Below, piece after piece: positions 9,998 to 19,866 of a DNA stretch of 64,000 nucleotides (within the stretch, counting starts at the first letter, position 1; each line of letters starts with the position of its first letter). The notes beneath the pieces were generated by a model that was not told the origin of the DNA, ran no database searches, and saw only the letters and a list, made by a program, of their open reading frames with translations. Source of the DNA: Bdellovibrionota bacterium (GTDB lineage: Bacteria; Bdellovibrionota; UBA1018; CAIPTA01; JAALKR01). The stretch lies in contig CBDBMJ010000001.1 in NCBI GenBank assembly GCA_965207455.1, positions 1,024,001-1,088,000 on the forward strand. Direction: 5' to 3'. The position numbers were made by a program, and so were the translations under genes.

Positions 9998-10911
9998 TGT
10001 TTCCCTTCCTTCAATTGTAAGCTTTCCACTGTTACGGTGCCCCTTTCCAATTCTAGGCAAGTCCCCTGTATACGATAAGACCACTTTACAACTCCTAAAG
10101 CAAGTGCCCCACCTAGCTCTTTTGAAACCGCACTGGTAATTTTTCCAACTACTAGGTCTCCCTTTTTTAAGATCATTCCAGGGGTTAGTTCTTGATCACT
10201 GGTCAACTGTACTAAAGTTTTGGGTGGCTTTCCTAAATTTAAGGACTTCTCAATCACCTCCTGCCCAGGATAGCAGCCTTTTTCCCGATGGATCCAAGAT
10301 AAAAACCCAGCCTGCAATGCGGGAGTGGAATTCTCCCACTCCTGGTGGTGACGGGGCCACTGACACAAAATCCGAAGGCGCTCCCAAAAAGCCTCCTCCT
10401 CCCTTAGTTGCCAACCTCCTAAAAAATCCTCACCATTTATACAACAAGTCCAACCTAGGACGGGCATGGGCCAAGAAAGATAATTACCCTCTAGCGTATA
10501 AGAAAAATAGGGAAATAGATCAGCCTGTGGGATGGGCAGGGAAGAAGGAGAGGGGTGTGGATTTTCCAAACTCTCGAAATTCTCGAAATTCTCGAAACTT
10601 TCGAAGCCCTTGGCTTCTATTTTTTTCAACACCCAAGCCTCTCCAAAATGAAGACGCTCCAGTTCCTTTTCCAATAAGGAAGCACAGGAGGGCTCACAGA
10701 TAAGGAAAAATCCATCTTTAGACGTACGAAAGAGTAAAAAAGCTGCCACTAGGGTGCTGGTTCCAGTCAGGATCAAGGCACGGGTAGCTCCACCCACAGG
10801 CATTTGAGAAACCTCCACTGTGGAAATACGGTGAAGGTATTCGGGAGCATCCTTTCCCTGTAAAGAAAAGCAAGCTAAAGACAAGGGACGATAGGATTTG
10901 ATTCTGCGCAT
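9985..10911 (-). CDS. ygfZ: Folate-binding YgfZ/GcvT-family protein
   Basis: Signature KGCYPGQE, N-terminal LQGKDAPEYL, C-terminal VGKITS. Confidence 0.85.
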   Translation of the reverse strand: MRRIKSYRPLSLACFSLQGKDAPEYLHRISTVEVSQMPVGGATRALILTGTSTLVAAFLLFRTSKDGFFLICEPSCASLLEKELERLHFGEAWVLKKIEAKGFESFENFENFESLENPHPSPSSLPIPQADLFPYFSYTLEGNYLSWPMPVLGWTCCINGEDFLGGWQLREEEAFWERLRILCQWPRHHQEWENSTPALQAGFLSWIHREKGCYPGQEVIEKSLNLGKPPKTLVQLTSDQELTPGMILKKGDLVVGKITSAVSKELGGALALGVVKWSYRIQGTCLELERGTVTVESLQLKEGKQCQQ

Positions 10912-11017
10912 AAATTTGGTCTCCAGTCCTTATATTTTTCTCCACTCACTACAAATTGACAATATACCGTCTTTCGGTCTAACTTAATAGAATATAGAAA
11001 AATCTGGGAAAGAAAAA

Positions 11018-12301
11018 ATGGCAGAAAATTTGGAACCCCTATTCCAGGGATTTGGAAAACTTAATTATGAAGAGCGCTTGCTGCGCCTAAAGTCCATGGG
11101 AAGACTCAGTGATCAGGACTTGGATACCCTAGAAAACAAAACTTCCCTAGATATCAACCTTGCCGAAAGCTTTATTGAAAATGTGATTGGCTCTTTTTCT
11201 ATTCCACTGGGCATTGCCACTTATTTTTGTATTGACGGAAAAGACATTCCCATACCCATGGCCGTAGAGGAAACCTCCATTATTGCTGCTGCCAGTGCAA
11301 CTGCAAAATGGATCCGCAAACAAAATGGTACTATCTCCACAGGATCCAAAGGACGCTATATCATCGGACAAGTCCAATTTCCATCCGTCAACAACCTTCC
11401 TGCCTTGGAAAAAAAGATATATGAAAAAAAGAACGATCTCCTTACTGCAGCCAATTCCATCGTACCCGGCTTAGTGCGAAGGGGTGGTGGTGTAGAGGAA
11501 ATACAACTGCGACATATAGATCGCCCCGACGGAAAACAAATGCTCATCCTACATATCTATTGCGACCCCTGCAATGCCATGGGAGCCAACCTTATCAACC
11601 AAGTCTGTGAACACATTAAACCACTACTGGAGGAATGGACAGGAGAACAGGTTGGTCTATGCATTCTTTCCAATCTTATTGATTCGAAACTCACCCAAGC
11701 TACTGTGCGTATTCCCAATATGGATCCTGCCATTGGTAAAGGCATTCAAGAGGCCTCTCTCTTTGCGGAGTTGGACCCCTACCGGGCTGCCACCCATAAT
11801 AAGGGAGTACTCAACGGCATCGATCCCATACTGATTGCCACTGGAAACGACTGGCGTGCAGTGGAGGCTGGAATACATGCCTATTGCTCCAGAGGAAAGC
11901 AGTACTCCCCTGCCACAAAATGGAGAATGGAGTCCAATACATTAGTGGGCCACCTGGAGGCACCCATAGGTGTGGGAACCGTGGGAGGGGTTACTCGCCT
12001 ACACCCCACTGCTGCTGTTTGTATGCGTATTTTAGGCGTGAAAAGCTCTGATGAACTCTCTCGCATTACAGCCGCTGTAGGGCTAGTACAAAATCTAGGT
12101 GCCCTACGAGCACTCTCCACCGTAGGCATCGTAGATGGGCATATGAAGCTCCATGCAACGAACTTAGCTATCGAAGCTGGCGCAAAACCCAATGAAATCC
12201 AAATCATGAAAAAACGGCTTATAGAGTTGGTTACCCATAAAAAGTCCCTCACACTCACCTGTGCAAAAGACGTACTTTCTAAGCTCCGGGCTACCACTTA
12301 A
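11018..12301 (+). CDS. mvaA: Class II hydroxymethylglutaryl-CoA reductase
   Basis: ENVIG, PMAVEETS, NAMGAN, THNKG, GNDWRA, GTVGG, GHMKLH. Confidence 0.93.
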   Translation: MAENLEPLFQGFGKLNYEERLLRLKSMGRLSDQDLDTLENKTSLDINLAESFIENVIGSFSIPLGIATYFCIDGKDIPIPMAVEETSIIAAASATAKWIRKQNGTISTGSKGRYIIGQVQFPSVNNLPALEKKIYEKKNDLLTAANSIVPGLVRRGGGVEEIQLRHIDRPDGKQMLILHIYCDPCNAMGANLINQVCEHIKPLLEEWTGEQVGLCILSNLIDSKLTQATVRIPNMDPAIGKGIQEASLFAELDPYRAATHNKGVLNGIDPILIATGNDWRAVEAGIHAYCSRGKQYSPATKWRMESNTLVGHLEAPIGVGTVGGVTRLHPTAAVCMRILGVKSSDELSRITAAVGLVQNLGALRALSTVGIVDGHMKLHATNLAIEAGAKPNEIQIMKKRLIELVTHKKSLTLTCAKDVLSKLRATT

Positions 12302-12448
12302 AATATAATCTTCTTGAGTAATGTTCCCTCATTATATTGCATTTGAGGACCACTAAATTATGAGTCAATTCGGCATTTTTCCAATAGATTCAAATACCTT
12401 GATAATATCTGATTATTTTAGTATAATATTAAGGAGGGGGATGGGCAT

Positions 12449-13669
12449 ATGATGCAATCCATTGCATGGCAAAAGGCAAGAAATATTCATTATTTTCAGG
12501 CACCTCTATTGCTTTGCCTCTTTCTTCTACCTCTCTTTTCAAGCCCTATCCCTGCTCATGGAAGATCTGGGAAAGGCGATAAAAGCTTCACTCAACCGGA
12601 AGTAAAGCCAGAAAGAGAAGAGGAGAGAATAGTAGGCAATTGGGACAAAAAATCTAAGAAACTGGGCGCAGATCAAAAAACATACAGCGATGGTGGTGGG
12701 CAGTCCAATCACCAAAAAGGGAATGCTGAAAACAACCAAGATAATAGTAAAAAATCAACGATGCTAGGATGGGGTCTTATAGGATTTGGCGCGGATATGA
12801 TTGCTAAGGGCAGGGCTATGAACAATGCTAGCAAGTGCCACTGTGCTGGTTACCCTATGATAGGTGCTGGTGTCTATCTTATGTTTGAGGGAAACGGTGC
12901 TCTTGATGTTGCCGATGAAATGAATAGTACTGCAAATAGAAGTTGGAAGCACAGAGTGGACTTCGAAAGTACAGGAATAAATGCACCAAACACACCTGGC
13001 GCTTCTCCTGTCGGTGGCAATAACAATCCCGGCAATAGTCTCATTGTAGGCGAAGTTTGGCCCGATAAAGAGGAGTTGAAGCAAGGAGTTTTAAATGAAG
13101 GTTTCACTGAATTAGAGAAAGCCACTGGAATCGATAGAAATAAGTTTATGGAAGGTCTTAAAAACGGAGAAAGTATTTCCAACCTTTTATCCTCTCAAGA
13201 GGGATTCGGAATGACTGAGAGTGAAATTAATAGTGAGCTAGGCAAAATAAAAAATGACGAAGCATTACAGCAATTGGCTATCGATGAATATAACAAGCTA
13301 GCCGGCGCATCCGGTGCCAGTGTTGCTGGTGGTGCCAGTGTTGCTGGTGGTGCCAGTGTCGCTGGTGGCGCCAGCTTTGCCAGTCTTTTTAAAGCAAATA
13401 AAAAATCCCCTCTTTCCAAATTAAAAAATAGAATAAACTTTTTAAAACAAAATTCTGGAAAAAATGGAAAAAATAAGGACGGAAGTATTGGCATCAATAA
13501 ACAGGACGAATTGGACAAACAACGATCTCTAAGCAATCTATATGATGAAAAAAATATATTTGAACTTGTCCACGAGGAATACGAGTCTCGACTGGAAACA
13601 CTCGTAGGGGTTGATTACTTTATAAAGCAACAGATCGCTAAATCTAAAAAAAATAAGTTAGACTTTTAA
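12449..13669 (+). CDS. Secreted Gly-rich hypothetical protein
   Basis: Signal peptide, GASVAG repeats, C-terminal NIFELVHEEY. Confidence 0.75.
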   Translation: MMQSIAWQKARNIHYFQAPLLLCLFLLPLFSSPIPAHGRSGKGDKSFTQPEVKPEREEERIVGNWDKKSKKLGADQKTYSDGGGQSNHQKGNAENNQDNSKKSTMLGWGLIGFGADMIAKGRAMNNASKCHCAGYPMIGAGVYLMFEGNGALDVADEMNSTANRSWKHRVDFESTGINAPNTPGASPVGGNNNPGNSLIVGEVWPDKEELKQGVLNEGFTELEKATGIDRNKFMEGLKNGESISNLLSSQEGFGMTESEINSELGKIKNDEALQQLAIDEYNKLAGASGASVAGGASVAGGASVAGGASFASLFKANKKSPLSKLKNRINFLKQNSGKNGKNKDGSIGINKQDELDKQRSLSNLYDEKNIFELVHEEYESRLETLVGVDYFIKQQIAKSKKNKLDF

Positions 13670-13690
13670 TAAAAAAATAGGAGAAAACTA

Positions 13691-14623
13691 ATGAGAAGTA
13701 CGAATTACCTTTATCCATACCTAATCATAGCAATGCTATTATCCCACCAACCCATAGCCTTGGGAAAAGATAACAAAGGTGCAGGATCACTAAACCAAAA
13801 AGAAGCCCAAGAGCAAGCTTCGGAAGACAAATCGAACGCTTCTGATATGCTAAATATGATTAGTATGGGCCTTAATGCTGTCGGTACGGTGATGTTGATG
13901 AGTCCGGATCCAGCAACTCAGAAGAAGGGAAAGTACTTTTTAGCTGGTGGTATGGTCGCTAGTCTCGTGGGTATGAGCATGGGTCAAAAATCAAAGGAAG
14001 GTAAGAGACATGCTGGAGACCTTGGCCCCGGTAGTACAAAAATCACTCCTCCATCGAGCTCTAGTCGAGTCGACTCCCCCGATCATCCTGTTATAAATAG
14101 GGCCTTGACCGAACTGTCTAAAAAAACAGGTGCCACTCGAGAAGAACTCATCAATGCATTGCAACCGGGTGGCGACCCCATAGGCGCTTTCTCAGAATAC
14201 CTTGAAAACCCGGATCAGATACGAAGCGACGTAGCCTCAGCAGCCTCTCAGTTGGAGAATTCAGGGGGCGCCATGAATCAACTACTGGCTGAAGCTGGAC
14301 TGAGCGACTTATCCGCATCATCTGGCACTTCCTACACTGGTGGGGGTCGTGGTATAGCTTCCAAGGGCAGTGCGCCATCCTTTGACTTTAAGGGGATAAA
14401 AAATATGCTGGGTCAAAAAAACAAAAAGCTTTCAGGAAAGCTACGTTTTGCTTCCAAAAAGCTTTCAGGAAAGCTACGTTTTGCTTCCCTAAGCCCTGGC
14501 TTGCAAAAAGCATTGGTAAAAAAGGGACATAACGCAAAAACCCTATTTGAAATCGTCCACAGTCGCTATAATAAAATGTCTCCCATGTTACTGGGTCATA
14601 TTCCTCAACAGCCTCAACAGTAA
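13691..14623 (+). CDS. Secreted Gly-rich hypothetical protein, distant paralog of 12449..13669
   Basis: AGGAG RBS, signal peptide, ELSKKTGATREEL, C-terminal TLFEIVHSRY. Confidence 0.75.
   Translation: MRSTNYLYPYLIIAMLLSHQPIALGKDNKGAGSLNQKEAQEQASEDKSNASDMLNMISMGLNAVGTVMLMSPDPATQKKGKYFLAGGMVASLVGMSMGQKSKEGKRHAGDLGPGSTKITPPSSSSRVDSPDHPVINRALTELSKKTGATREELINALQPGGDPIGAFSEYLENPDQIRSDVASAASQLENSGGAMNQLLAEAGLSDLSASSGTSYTGGGRGIASKGSAPSFDFKGIKNMLGQKNKKLSGKLRFASKKLSGKLRFASLSPGLQKALVKKGHNAKTLFEIVHSRYNKMSPMLLGHIPQQPQQ
14423..14488 (+). repeat. Perfect 33-bp tandem duplication (in frame, KKLSGKLRFAS x2)
   Basis: aaaaagctttcaggaaagctacgttttgcttcc occurs twice consecutively. Confidence 0.95.
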
Positions 14624-14667
14624 AAAAATCCTAGACTAGGATAAATACCTGCACATACAATGAAACC

Positions 14668-15615
14668 ATGGGACGAATTCTTTTTCTTTGTACAATCTTG
14701 CTTTTACCCCTGACAGTAGAGTCTCAAAAAAAGGCAATCCCCTATTTAGGACCTGGTTTGGATAAACTATCTCCCCAAAAATACCTTGAAGTATATTCTA
14801 AATATATCAAGGAAAGTATTAGCCTAGGGTTTCCTCCTGACCGCTGTTCCCAGGGATCCTGTGAGCAAGCCCTAAGTTATTTATTCCGTATCACTGGCTT
14901 ATTCGACTATCCTGTTCCTCCCAGTGGAGAGATAAAATCTTGGATAAGTCCTAAAAAAACAAGGGAGTGTTATACCCATGCGGGTATAGTCGCTCAAATA
15001 CAGCGAGAGCAGGGCGGGGCCTTAGATAAGTTGGTAATCGTCTATGCAAAGTCTCCGAAAGCTATCAAACGACTGGTGCGCACCTGTCGAAAAAGAAATC
15101 TGGACCTCCAGAAGGATAGAGATACGGGTTTAGAGCGCCTTGCTGGAGTTCCTGTGGGCTATCCTCACCCCTACCTATGCCCCAACTCTCAGGGTCTGTA
15201 TGTGCGACAGTTGACGTTTCACAAGGACAGGAATGCCTGTCGCCCCACCAACTACAGCGACAACGCATGGGTCAATGGGTACATACTCAACGAGGACCGC
15301 TGCCAAGCCACTCAAAATGACCTCCTCCTCACTTGGCAGGGAAAAATAGATGCCCGCCGCTTTGCCGAGAGGGAGCAAAATCGACAGTATAAGCGATCCA
15401 TAAGTATTGCCATGGACAACGGTGCCAGCAAGAAAGAAGCCAAAAAGATGGGCAAAATACTTTTCGACAGCCCTATGGGCTTTGAGGTGAGCTATACGGG
15501 AATGGCAATGCGCAATCTTGAGGCCTGTAATCGCCTAGGTATTGGTAATCAAAAAGGTTCTACGATTCTACGAGCACCTGCTTCCTCTGGTCTACCCCCA
15601 AAAAAAGGGCAGTAG
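14668..15615 (+). CDS. Secreted Cys-containing hypothetical protein
   Basis: 315 aa ORF with N-terminal signal peptide. Confidence 0.7.
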   Translation: MGRILFLCTILLLPLTVESQKKAIPYLGPGLDKLSPQKYLEVYSKYIKESISLGFPPDRCSQGSCEQALSYLFRITGLFDYPVPPSGEIKSWISPKKTRECYTHAGIVAQIQREQGGALDKLVIVYAKSPKAIKRLVRTCRKRNLDLQKDRDTGLERLAGVPVGYPHPYLCPNSQGLYVRQLTFHKDRNACRPTNYSDNAWVNGYILNEDRCQATQNDLLLTWQGKIDARRFAEREQNRQYKRSISIAMDNGASKKEAKKMGKILFDSPMGFEVSYTGMAMRNLEACNRLGIGNQKGSTILRAPASSGLPPKKGQ

Positions 15616-15704
15616 AGCAATCTAAGCTGCCTTCTCTCATTATTTTATTTTCCAATTGACGTATCGCATTATCCATGGTAGTCATAGCCAAGGAAGGAAA
15701 TAAA

Positions 15705-16595
15705 ATGAAAAACAATAAGAAACTGGCTATCGTAATGAGCATTCTAATGCTGGGTGGGAGTCCTAGTTGGGCCCATAATACCAAGAATAAGAAGAAGCTA
15801 ACCGCAACTGTTCCAAAAAAAGAGGGAGGTAAAGCAGTATCTGTAAACTATTCACTCCATTTTTCAGGGCCAAGCTTTACATCTCTGGATGGAAAGGCAG
15901 GTCCAGGGGCATCCATTGGCATGGCTCACTGTCTCGCTGCTTCTAGGGAACTCAAGCCCAACTGGAATTTGTCTCTGACAACAACTACAACGAATACTCT
16001 ATCCAGTGATTCAGTTTGGGACACATTTGCTTTTCAAGACCCAAGCCTTACCTTAAGCCGTTCCAGTATTTTAAACCAAAAAGATAATCAGGTGGGTCTT
16101 AGCGCTAATGTTATCTACCATATACCAACATCTTCAGGAACGTATGAGAATATTGGTTCAGACCAAGATTCTGGAAATGGTGCTCTTCAGCTCTCCGTTA
16201 CTCCATCAAGAACTTTTCTTAAGGGGAAACTAAGCGTATTTTTGCAAAACCAACTAACAGTTCCACTCGCTGTCTCAGACCTAGAAACAGGAGAGCGATT
16301 AAACAACGGTGTTACAGAACAACACAATCTTTCGTATCTCATAGTCGCTGGTAGCAGTTATAAACTGTCTGATAATCTTAAACCATATCTTTATTATATT
16401 GCAGGTGCCAGACACTATCAGAACAAACAAGGCACTGGTAACGGCACACCGTGGGGAGGAAGAGTTAGACTTGGCTCTAGCTATCAGCCCGATGTGAAAG
16501 ATCTAAGTTTGGGTCTATATATGGATTTCCCCACAACAAAGGAAATATTCACTAAAGCCCAGATTGTTCTATCTTTGAGCTATACAGTCTTTTAA
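15705..16595 (+). CDS. Putative outer-membrane beta-barrel protein (paralog A)
   Basis: Signal peptide, alternating amphipathic strands, terminal LSLSYTVF. Clear similarity to 22537..23511. Confidence 0.65.
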   Translation: MKNNKKLAIVMSILMLGGSPSWAHNTKNKKKLTATVPKKEGGKAVSVNYSLHFSGPSFTSLDGKAGPGASIGMAHCLAASRELKPNWNLSLTTTTTNTLSSDSVWDTFAFQDPSLTLSRSSILNQKDNQVGLSANVIYHIPTSSGTYENIGSDQDSGNGALQLSVTPSRTFLKGKLSVFLQNQLTVPLAVSDLETGERLNNGVTEQHNLSYLIVAGSSYKLSDNLKPYLYYIAGARHYQNKQGTGNGTPWGGRVRLGSSYQPDVKDLSLGLYMDFPTTKEIFTKAQIVLSLSYTVF

Positions 16596-16635
16596 CAAAG
16601 TCAAAGAAACAAAATAGCAATAAAGTCGAGGGGAG

Positions 16636-16730
16636 TGTTCTTTCCCGAAAAAACGGACACTTTTTATAATGTGCGGCGCAGTATAGATATAACTTGCAAA
16701 AGGTGATTCACCCATTTTCGGCTTATAACC
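16636..16730 (-). mobile_element. IS3-family terminal remnant
   Basis: TGTTCTTTCCCGAAAAAACGGACAC resembles the IS3 terminal inverted repeat (TG...GGACAC). It is fused to the IS1202-like remnant. Confidence 0.5.
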
Positions 16731-16935
16731 AAGCCTCCTAGCAGCCTCTGATTGCGTTATCAGCCCTTCAGCAATGCTCAGCATTATCTTCTCTCTATCC
16801 TCTATCTTTTTTGTCAACTTAATCTCCCTTTCCATTGACGCTCCCTCCCTTAAATTATTGATTATAAAGAAGATTATACACCGTGGTGTGATCTTTCCTT
16901 TTGCTAAGGTGTGATCTTTTAGTGTTGCCCCTACA
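16731..16935 (-). mobile_element. IS1202/ISNCY-like left-end remnant (copy 1)
   Basis: TGTAGG end, two GGTGTGATCTTT subterminal repeats, truncated transposase HTH MEREIKL...GLITQSEAARRLG. Confidence 0.7.
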
Positions 16936-16950
16936 ACGCATAAAAAAACA

Positions 16951-17007
16951 TTGACACGCCAGTATTCTTTGTTGTAAATCCTAAAAAGTCAAGCAATGGT
17001 GCTTGGC
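16951..17007 (+). promoter_or_regulatory. TTGACA promoter plus 5'-leader hairpin (repeated at 18118, 19778, 21342)
   Basis: TTGACA followed 36-41 bp later by the inverted repeat GT(C/T)AAGCA-N4-(T/C)GCTT(G/A)(G/A)C in four units. The -10 box is not canonical. Confidence 0.65.
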
Positions 17008-17038
17008 GCAATTGAAATTGAAAAAGGAGAACAAAATA

Positions 17039-17806
17039 ATGAAAATATTAAAATTAAACCTTAATGTACTGATCTTTTTATGTACATTTTCCGTAACGGC
17101 ACTGGCTGATTCACCAGAACAGGTTGGATCGCCGAAACAACAATCCGAGCGAGATACTGGTCCTCTGAAAATGATGAGCGGTGATACCACTTGGTACGAT
17201 GTACTGAAAGAAGCTTTTGAAAAAGCAGGAACAACAAATTTTACAGAAAACTATAGAGATACTCTTCGTTGGTTAGCTGGGAATAACGACAGTACTGATG
17301 AGAATTACGGAAGGCCTCCTGAATTTGTAATGAGAGTTTTTGGTAAACCAGTAATAAATAGGAGTTATACTAGTGATACAACTGGACGATGCTTTTCTAA
17401 AATTGCTCCAAACTATGCCCAAAATTCATTGGTTTCTGGCACTATTAACAATAAAATTTTGGGTCCCGGACAAAACCCCGTCTTTAAAGCTATATTTTTT
17501 AATAGCTATGACAAGCCTTCAAACTACTATGACAAGCGTTCAAACTTCCTTGAAGATCCTAGCAACAAAGATGGGTATCATTTTCCGTGGCATATTGATA
17601 ATGACACACCAATGATAGCGCTGGAAGAGGACGGTCCTTATATCCAGGATTTTCATCGTAATGTAAAATCGATTTTTAGAACGGGAGCAACAAAGCTAGC
17701 CCCAAATGATGAATATCTTCTAGTAGAGGTCGCTGATTTAGAATCAGACAACGCTGTCAAGAAATACTGTTATTACTTTTATCGAACTGGGATGTCCGCC
17801 TGGTGA
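17039..17806 (+). CDS. Secreted protein, array family member 1
   Basis: AAGGAG RBS, signal peptide (TALA), LKEAFEKAGT, GRCF, YLL...YCYYF. Confidence 0.8.
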   Translation: MKILKLNLNVLIFLCTFSVTALADSPEQVGSPKQQSERDTGPLKMMSGDTTWYDVLKEAFEKAGTTNFTENYRDTLRWLAGNNDSTDENYGRPPEFVMRVFGKPVINRSYTSDTTGRCFSKIAPNYAQNSLVSGTINNKILGPGQNPVFKAIFFNSYDKPSNYYDKRSNFLEDPSNKDGYHFPWHIDNDTPMIALEEDGPYIQDFHRNVKSIFRTGATKLAPNDEYLLVEVADLESDNAVKKYCYYFYRTGMSAW

Positions 17807-17887
17807 GGATACGTTAATTTAGATGGTTTGATATCGCATATTAATAATTTGCGAAATTGTCTGTTTCGATGATCCGCCAACAACAAT

Positions 17888-17924
17888 AAATCCTCTGTCT
17901 AGTTAATAGGGCAGGGGATTTTTT
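17888..17924 (+). terminator. Intrinsic terminator
   Basis: aaatcctctgtct/agggcaggggattt stem with T-run. Confidence 0.75.
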
Positions 17925-18201
17925 GTTTCATCGCCTATAGAAGGCAGAATCTATTTTTTACGTGATTTGAACGTGATCAAGTAGTTAAATTGAGGGAATT
18001 AGCGGTTGCAGTAGGGACTGTGCGGTAATGGCTAGGTTAGTGTTTTTGTTTGCGTTTCTTTAATTTCAACAACTTACAATTTTTTTTCTAACTATTGCGC
18101 CTACGCAAAAAAAAGAGTTGACATGCGATCACTGCTTGTTGTACAAGGATGCCTGAAGGTTAAGCAATAACGCTTGGCGAGAAAAGAAAGGAAGATAAAT
18201 A

Positions 18202-18783
18202 ATGAAAACGATTAAATATTATGTACTAATCTTATGTGCGCTTTCTGTACCGGCACTAGCTAGCGATGACGATGCGCTTAATCATGACATGTTGAAAGAG
18301 GCTTGGAATGGAGCAACAGCAGCAAATGTTGCTGATATTAGTGGAAACTGGGTAATGGGAGAGTGCTATCTTCAGAATAGTCTACCAGTTGACTCAATAC
18401 TCGTTTCGGTCACAGAGCCTTCTGAGATTTATGGTCCTGCGTTTACCGCATATAAATATAGGATAGATGTTGTGAATAAAAACTCTTACAGAGGTCAGAC
18501 CCCAAAAGAGATAGCTCGTCATTTGAGAAACAGTGGAGTTTTAAAATTCACTCATTTTTCTCAAGTAAACAATGGAGACTCTGATGGAACGGGGTGGGGT
18601 GAGGATAGCCTTAATACTGAAGGAGGAGACTACAACAGGGGATATTACTACCTTAAGAAAGGACCTGTAAAAGCAGATGGTCCAGCACACCTACTATTGA
18701 AAGTGAAACCTCATACAACATTTAATAAAGGTGAAAACTACTTTTGCCACTACTTTAAACAAATAAAACAACCAAACAACTAG
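18202..18783 (+). CDS. Secreted protein, array family member 2
   Basis: Signal peptide (PALA), LKEAW, ISGNWVMGECY, LKKG...HLLLK...FCHYF. Confidence 0.8.
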   Translation: MKTIKYYVLILCALSVPALASDDDALNHDMLKEAWNGATAANVADISGNWVMGECYLQNSLPVDSILVSVTEPSEIYGPAFTAYKYRIDVVNKNSYRGQTPKEIARHLRNSGVLKFTHFSQVNNGDSDGTGWGEDSLNTEGGDYNRGYYYLKKGPVKADGPAHLLLKVKPHTTFNKGENYFCHYFKQIKQPNN

Positions 18784-18801
18784 AAAAAGGAGAACAAAAA
18801 A

Positions 18802-19419
18802 ATGAAAAACACGAAATATTATATACTAATCTTTTTATGTGCACTGCCTATGGTAGCACTTGCCGATGGTGCTAATCCCAACATAAAATCTAATTACACA
18901 ATGTTGGTGGAGGCTTGGGATAAAGCGCCATCAGCCAAATTTTCTGATGTTGACGGAGAGTGGGTAAATGGACGTTGCCTTATTGACCCTCAAAGCGGCA
19001 TTATTTCTCTGGCAGCGAATTCCTCGCTACTTGTTTCAACCTTAGACGTTTCTAAAACTTCTAATGGTTATGAGTATTCCCACAAATTTGCGCAAGTCCG
19101 CGAACCCGGCCCTGGAACACACAGTGTTTCAGACTATTTTGATGATAGAACAAAAGCTGATGTTTTGGATGAGTTAGCTGATGTGGGTGAACTTCGCCAG
19201 TTGGCTTTTGAGGGATTTAATGGAAATGGAGCAAAAGAACAGAATGGGAGTCTTTTTATGTCTCACTCACGTGGAGCGCGACTGGAACTTAGAAAGGGAG
19301 CAATACAAGGAGGACAAAATAATAAAGAGTACCTTCTGCTAAAATTAACTTACGAAGACGATGGAACTAGCTGGCAGCCGATTTCATACTACTGTTATTA
19401 CTTCCAAGAACTTAAATAA
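18802..19419 (+). CDS. Secreted protein, array family member 3
   Basis: AAGGAG RBS, signal peptide, LVEAW, VDGEWVNGRCL, LRKG...YLLLK...YCYYF. Confidence 0.8.
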   Translation: MKNTKYYILIFLCALPMVALADGANPNIKSNYTMLVEAWDKAPSAKFSDVDGEWVNGRCLIDPQSGIISLAANSSLLVSTLDVSKTSNGYEYSHKFAQVREPGPGTHSVSDYFDDRTKADVLDELADVGELRQLAFEGFNGNGAKEQNGSLFMSHSRGARLELRKGAIQGGQNNKEYLLLKLTYEDDGTSWQPISYYCYYFQELK

Positions 19420-19443
19420 GCGAAAAAATACCCTAAATAAATT

Positions 19444-19474
19444 AAAATCCCCTCCAACATGAGGGGATTTTTTT
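19444..19474 (+). terminator. Intrinsic terminator
   Basis: aaaatcccctc-caacat-gaggggattttttt. Confidence 0.85.
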
Positions 19475-19599
19475 ATTTTATTTCCTATATTTTTTAACTC
19501 TGCTTCTATGTTAATTACCTCTCTGAGTTACGATACGACCAAGCTGTAATTCGTTTTACGTGCGTTTTTCATATCGATTATAGCCTTGGGACACTCGCA

Positions 19600-19762
19600 A
19601 ATGTCTTGCATTGCCCTCTCTCTATCCCCTACCTTTTTTATCAATTTAATCACCTTCTCCATTGATGCTCTCTCCCTTAAATTGTTAAGAATAAAGAAGA
19701 TTATACACCGTGGTGTGATCTTTCCTTTTGCTAAGGTGTGATCTTTTAGTGTTGCCCCTACA
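19600..19762 (-). mobile_element. IS1202/ISNCY-like left-end remnant (copy 2)
   Basis: Same TGTAGG end and subterminal repeats as copy 1. Stub MEKVIKLIKKVGDRERAMQDI. Confidence 0.7.
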
Positions 19763-19866
19763 ACGCATAAAAAAACATTGACACGCCAGTATTCTTTGTT
19801 GTAAATCCTAAATAAGTCAAGCAATGGCGCTTAGCGCAATTGAAATTGAAAAAGGAGAACAAAATA

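Noticed and set aside
16569..16835. 88-aa ORF as a real gene
   Set aside because: It is a read-through fusion of an IS1202-like transposase stub and an IS3 end.
16934..16961. acgcataa next to the IS1202-like end as a dif/xrs site
   Set aside because: Only a partial XerC-arm resemblance. No XerD arm (ttatgttaaat) at 6-bp spacing.
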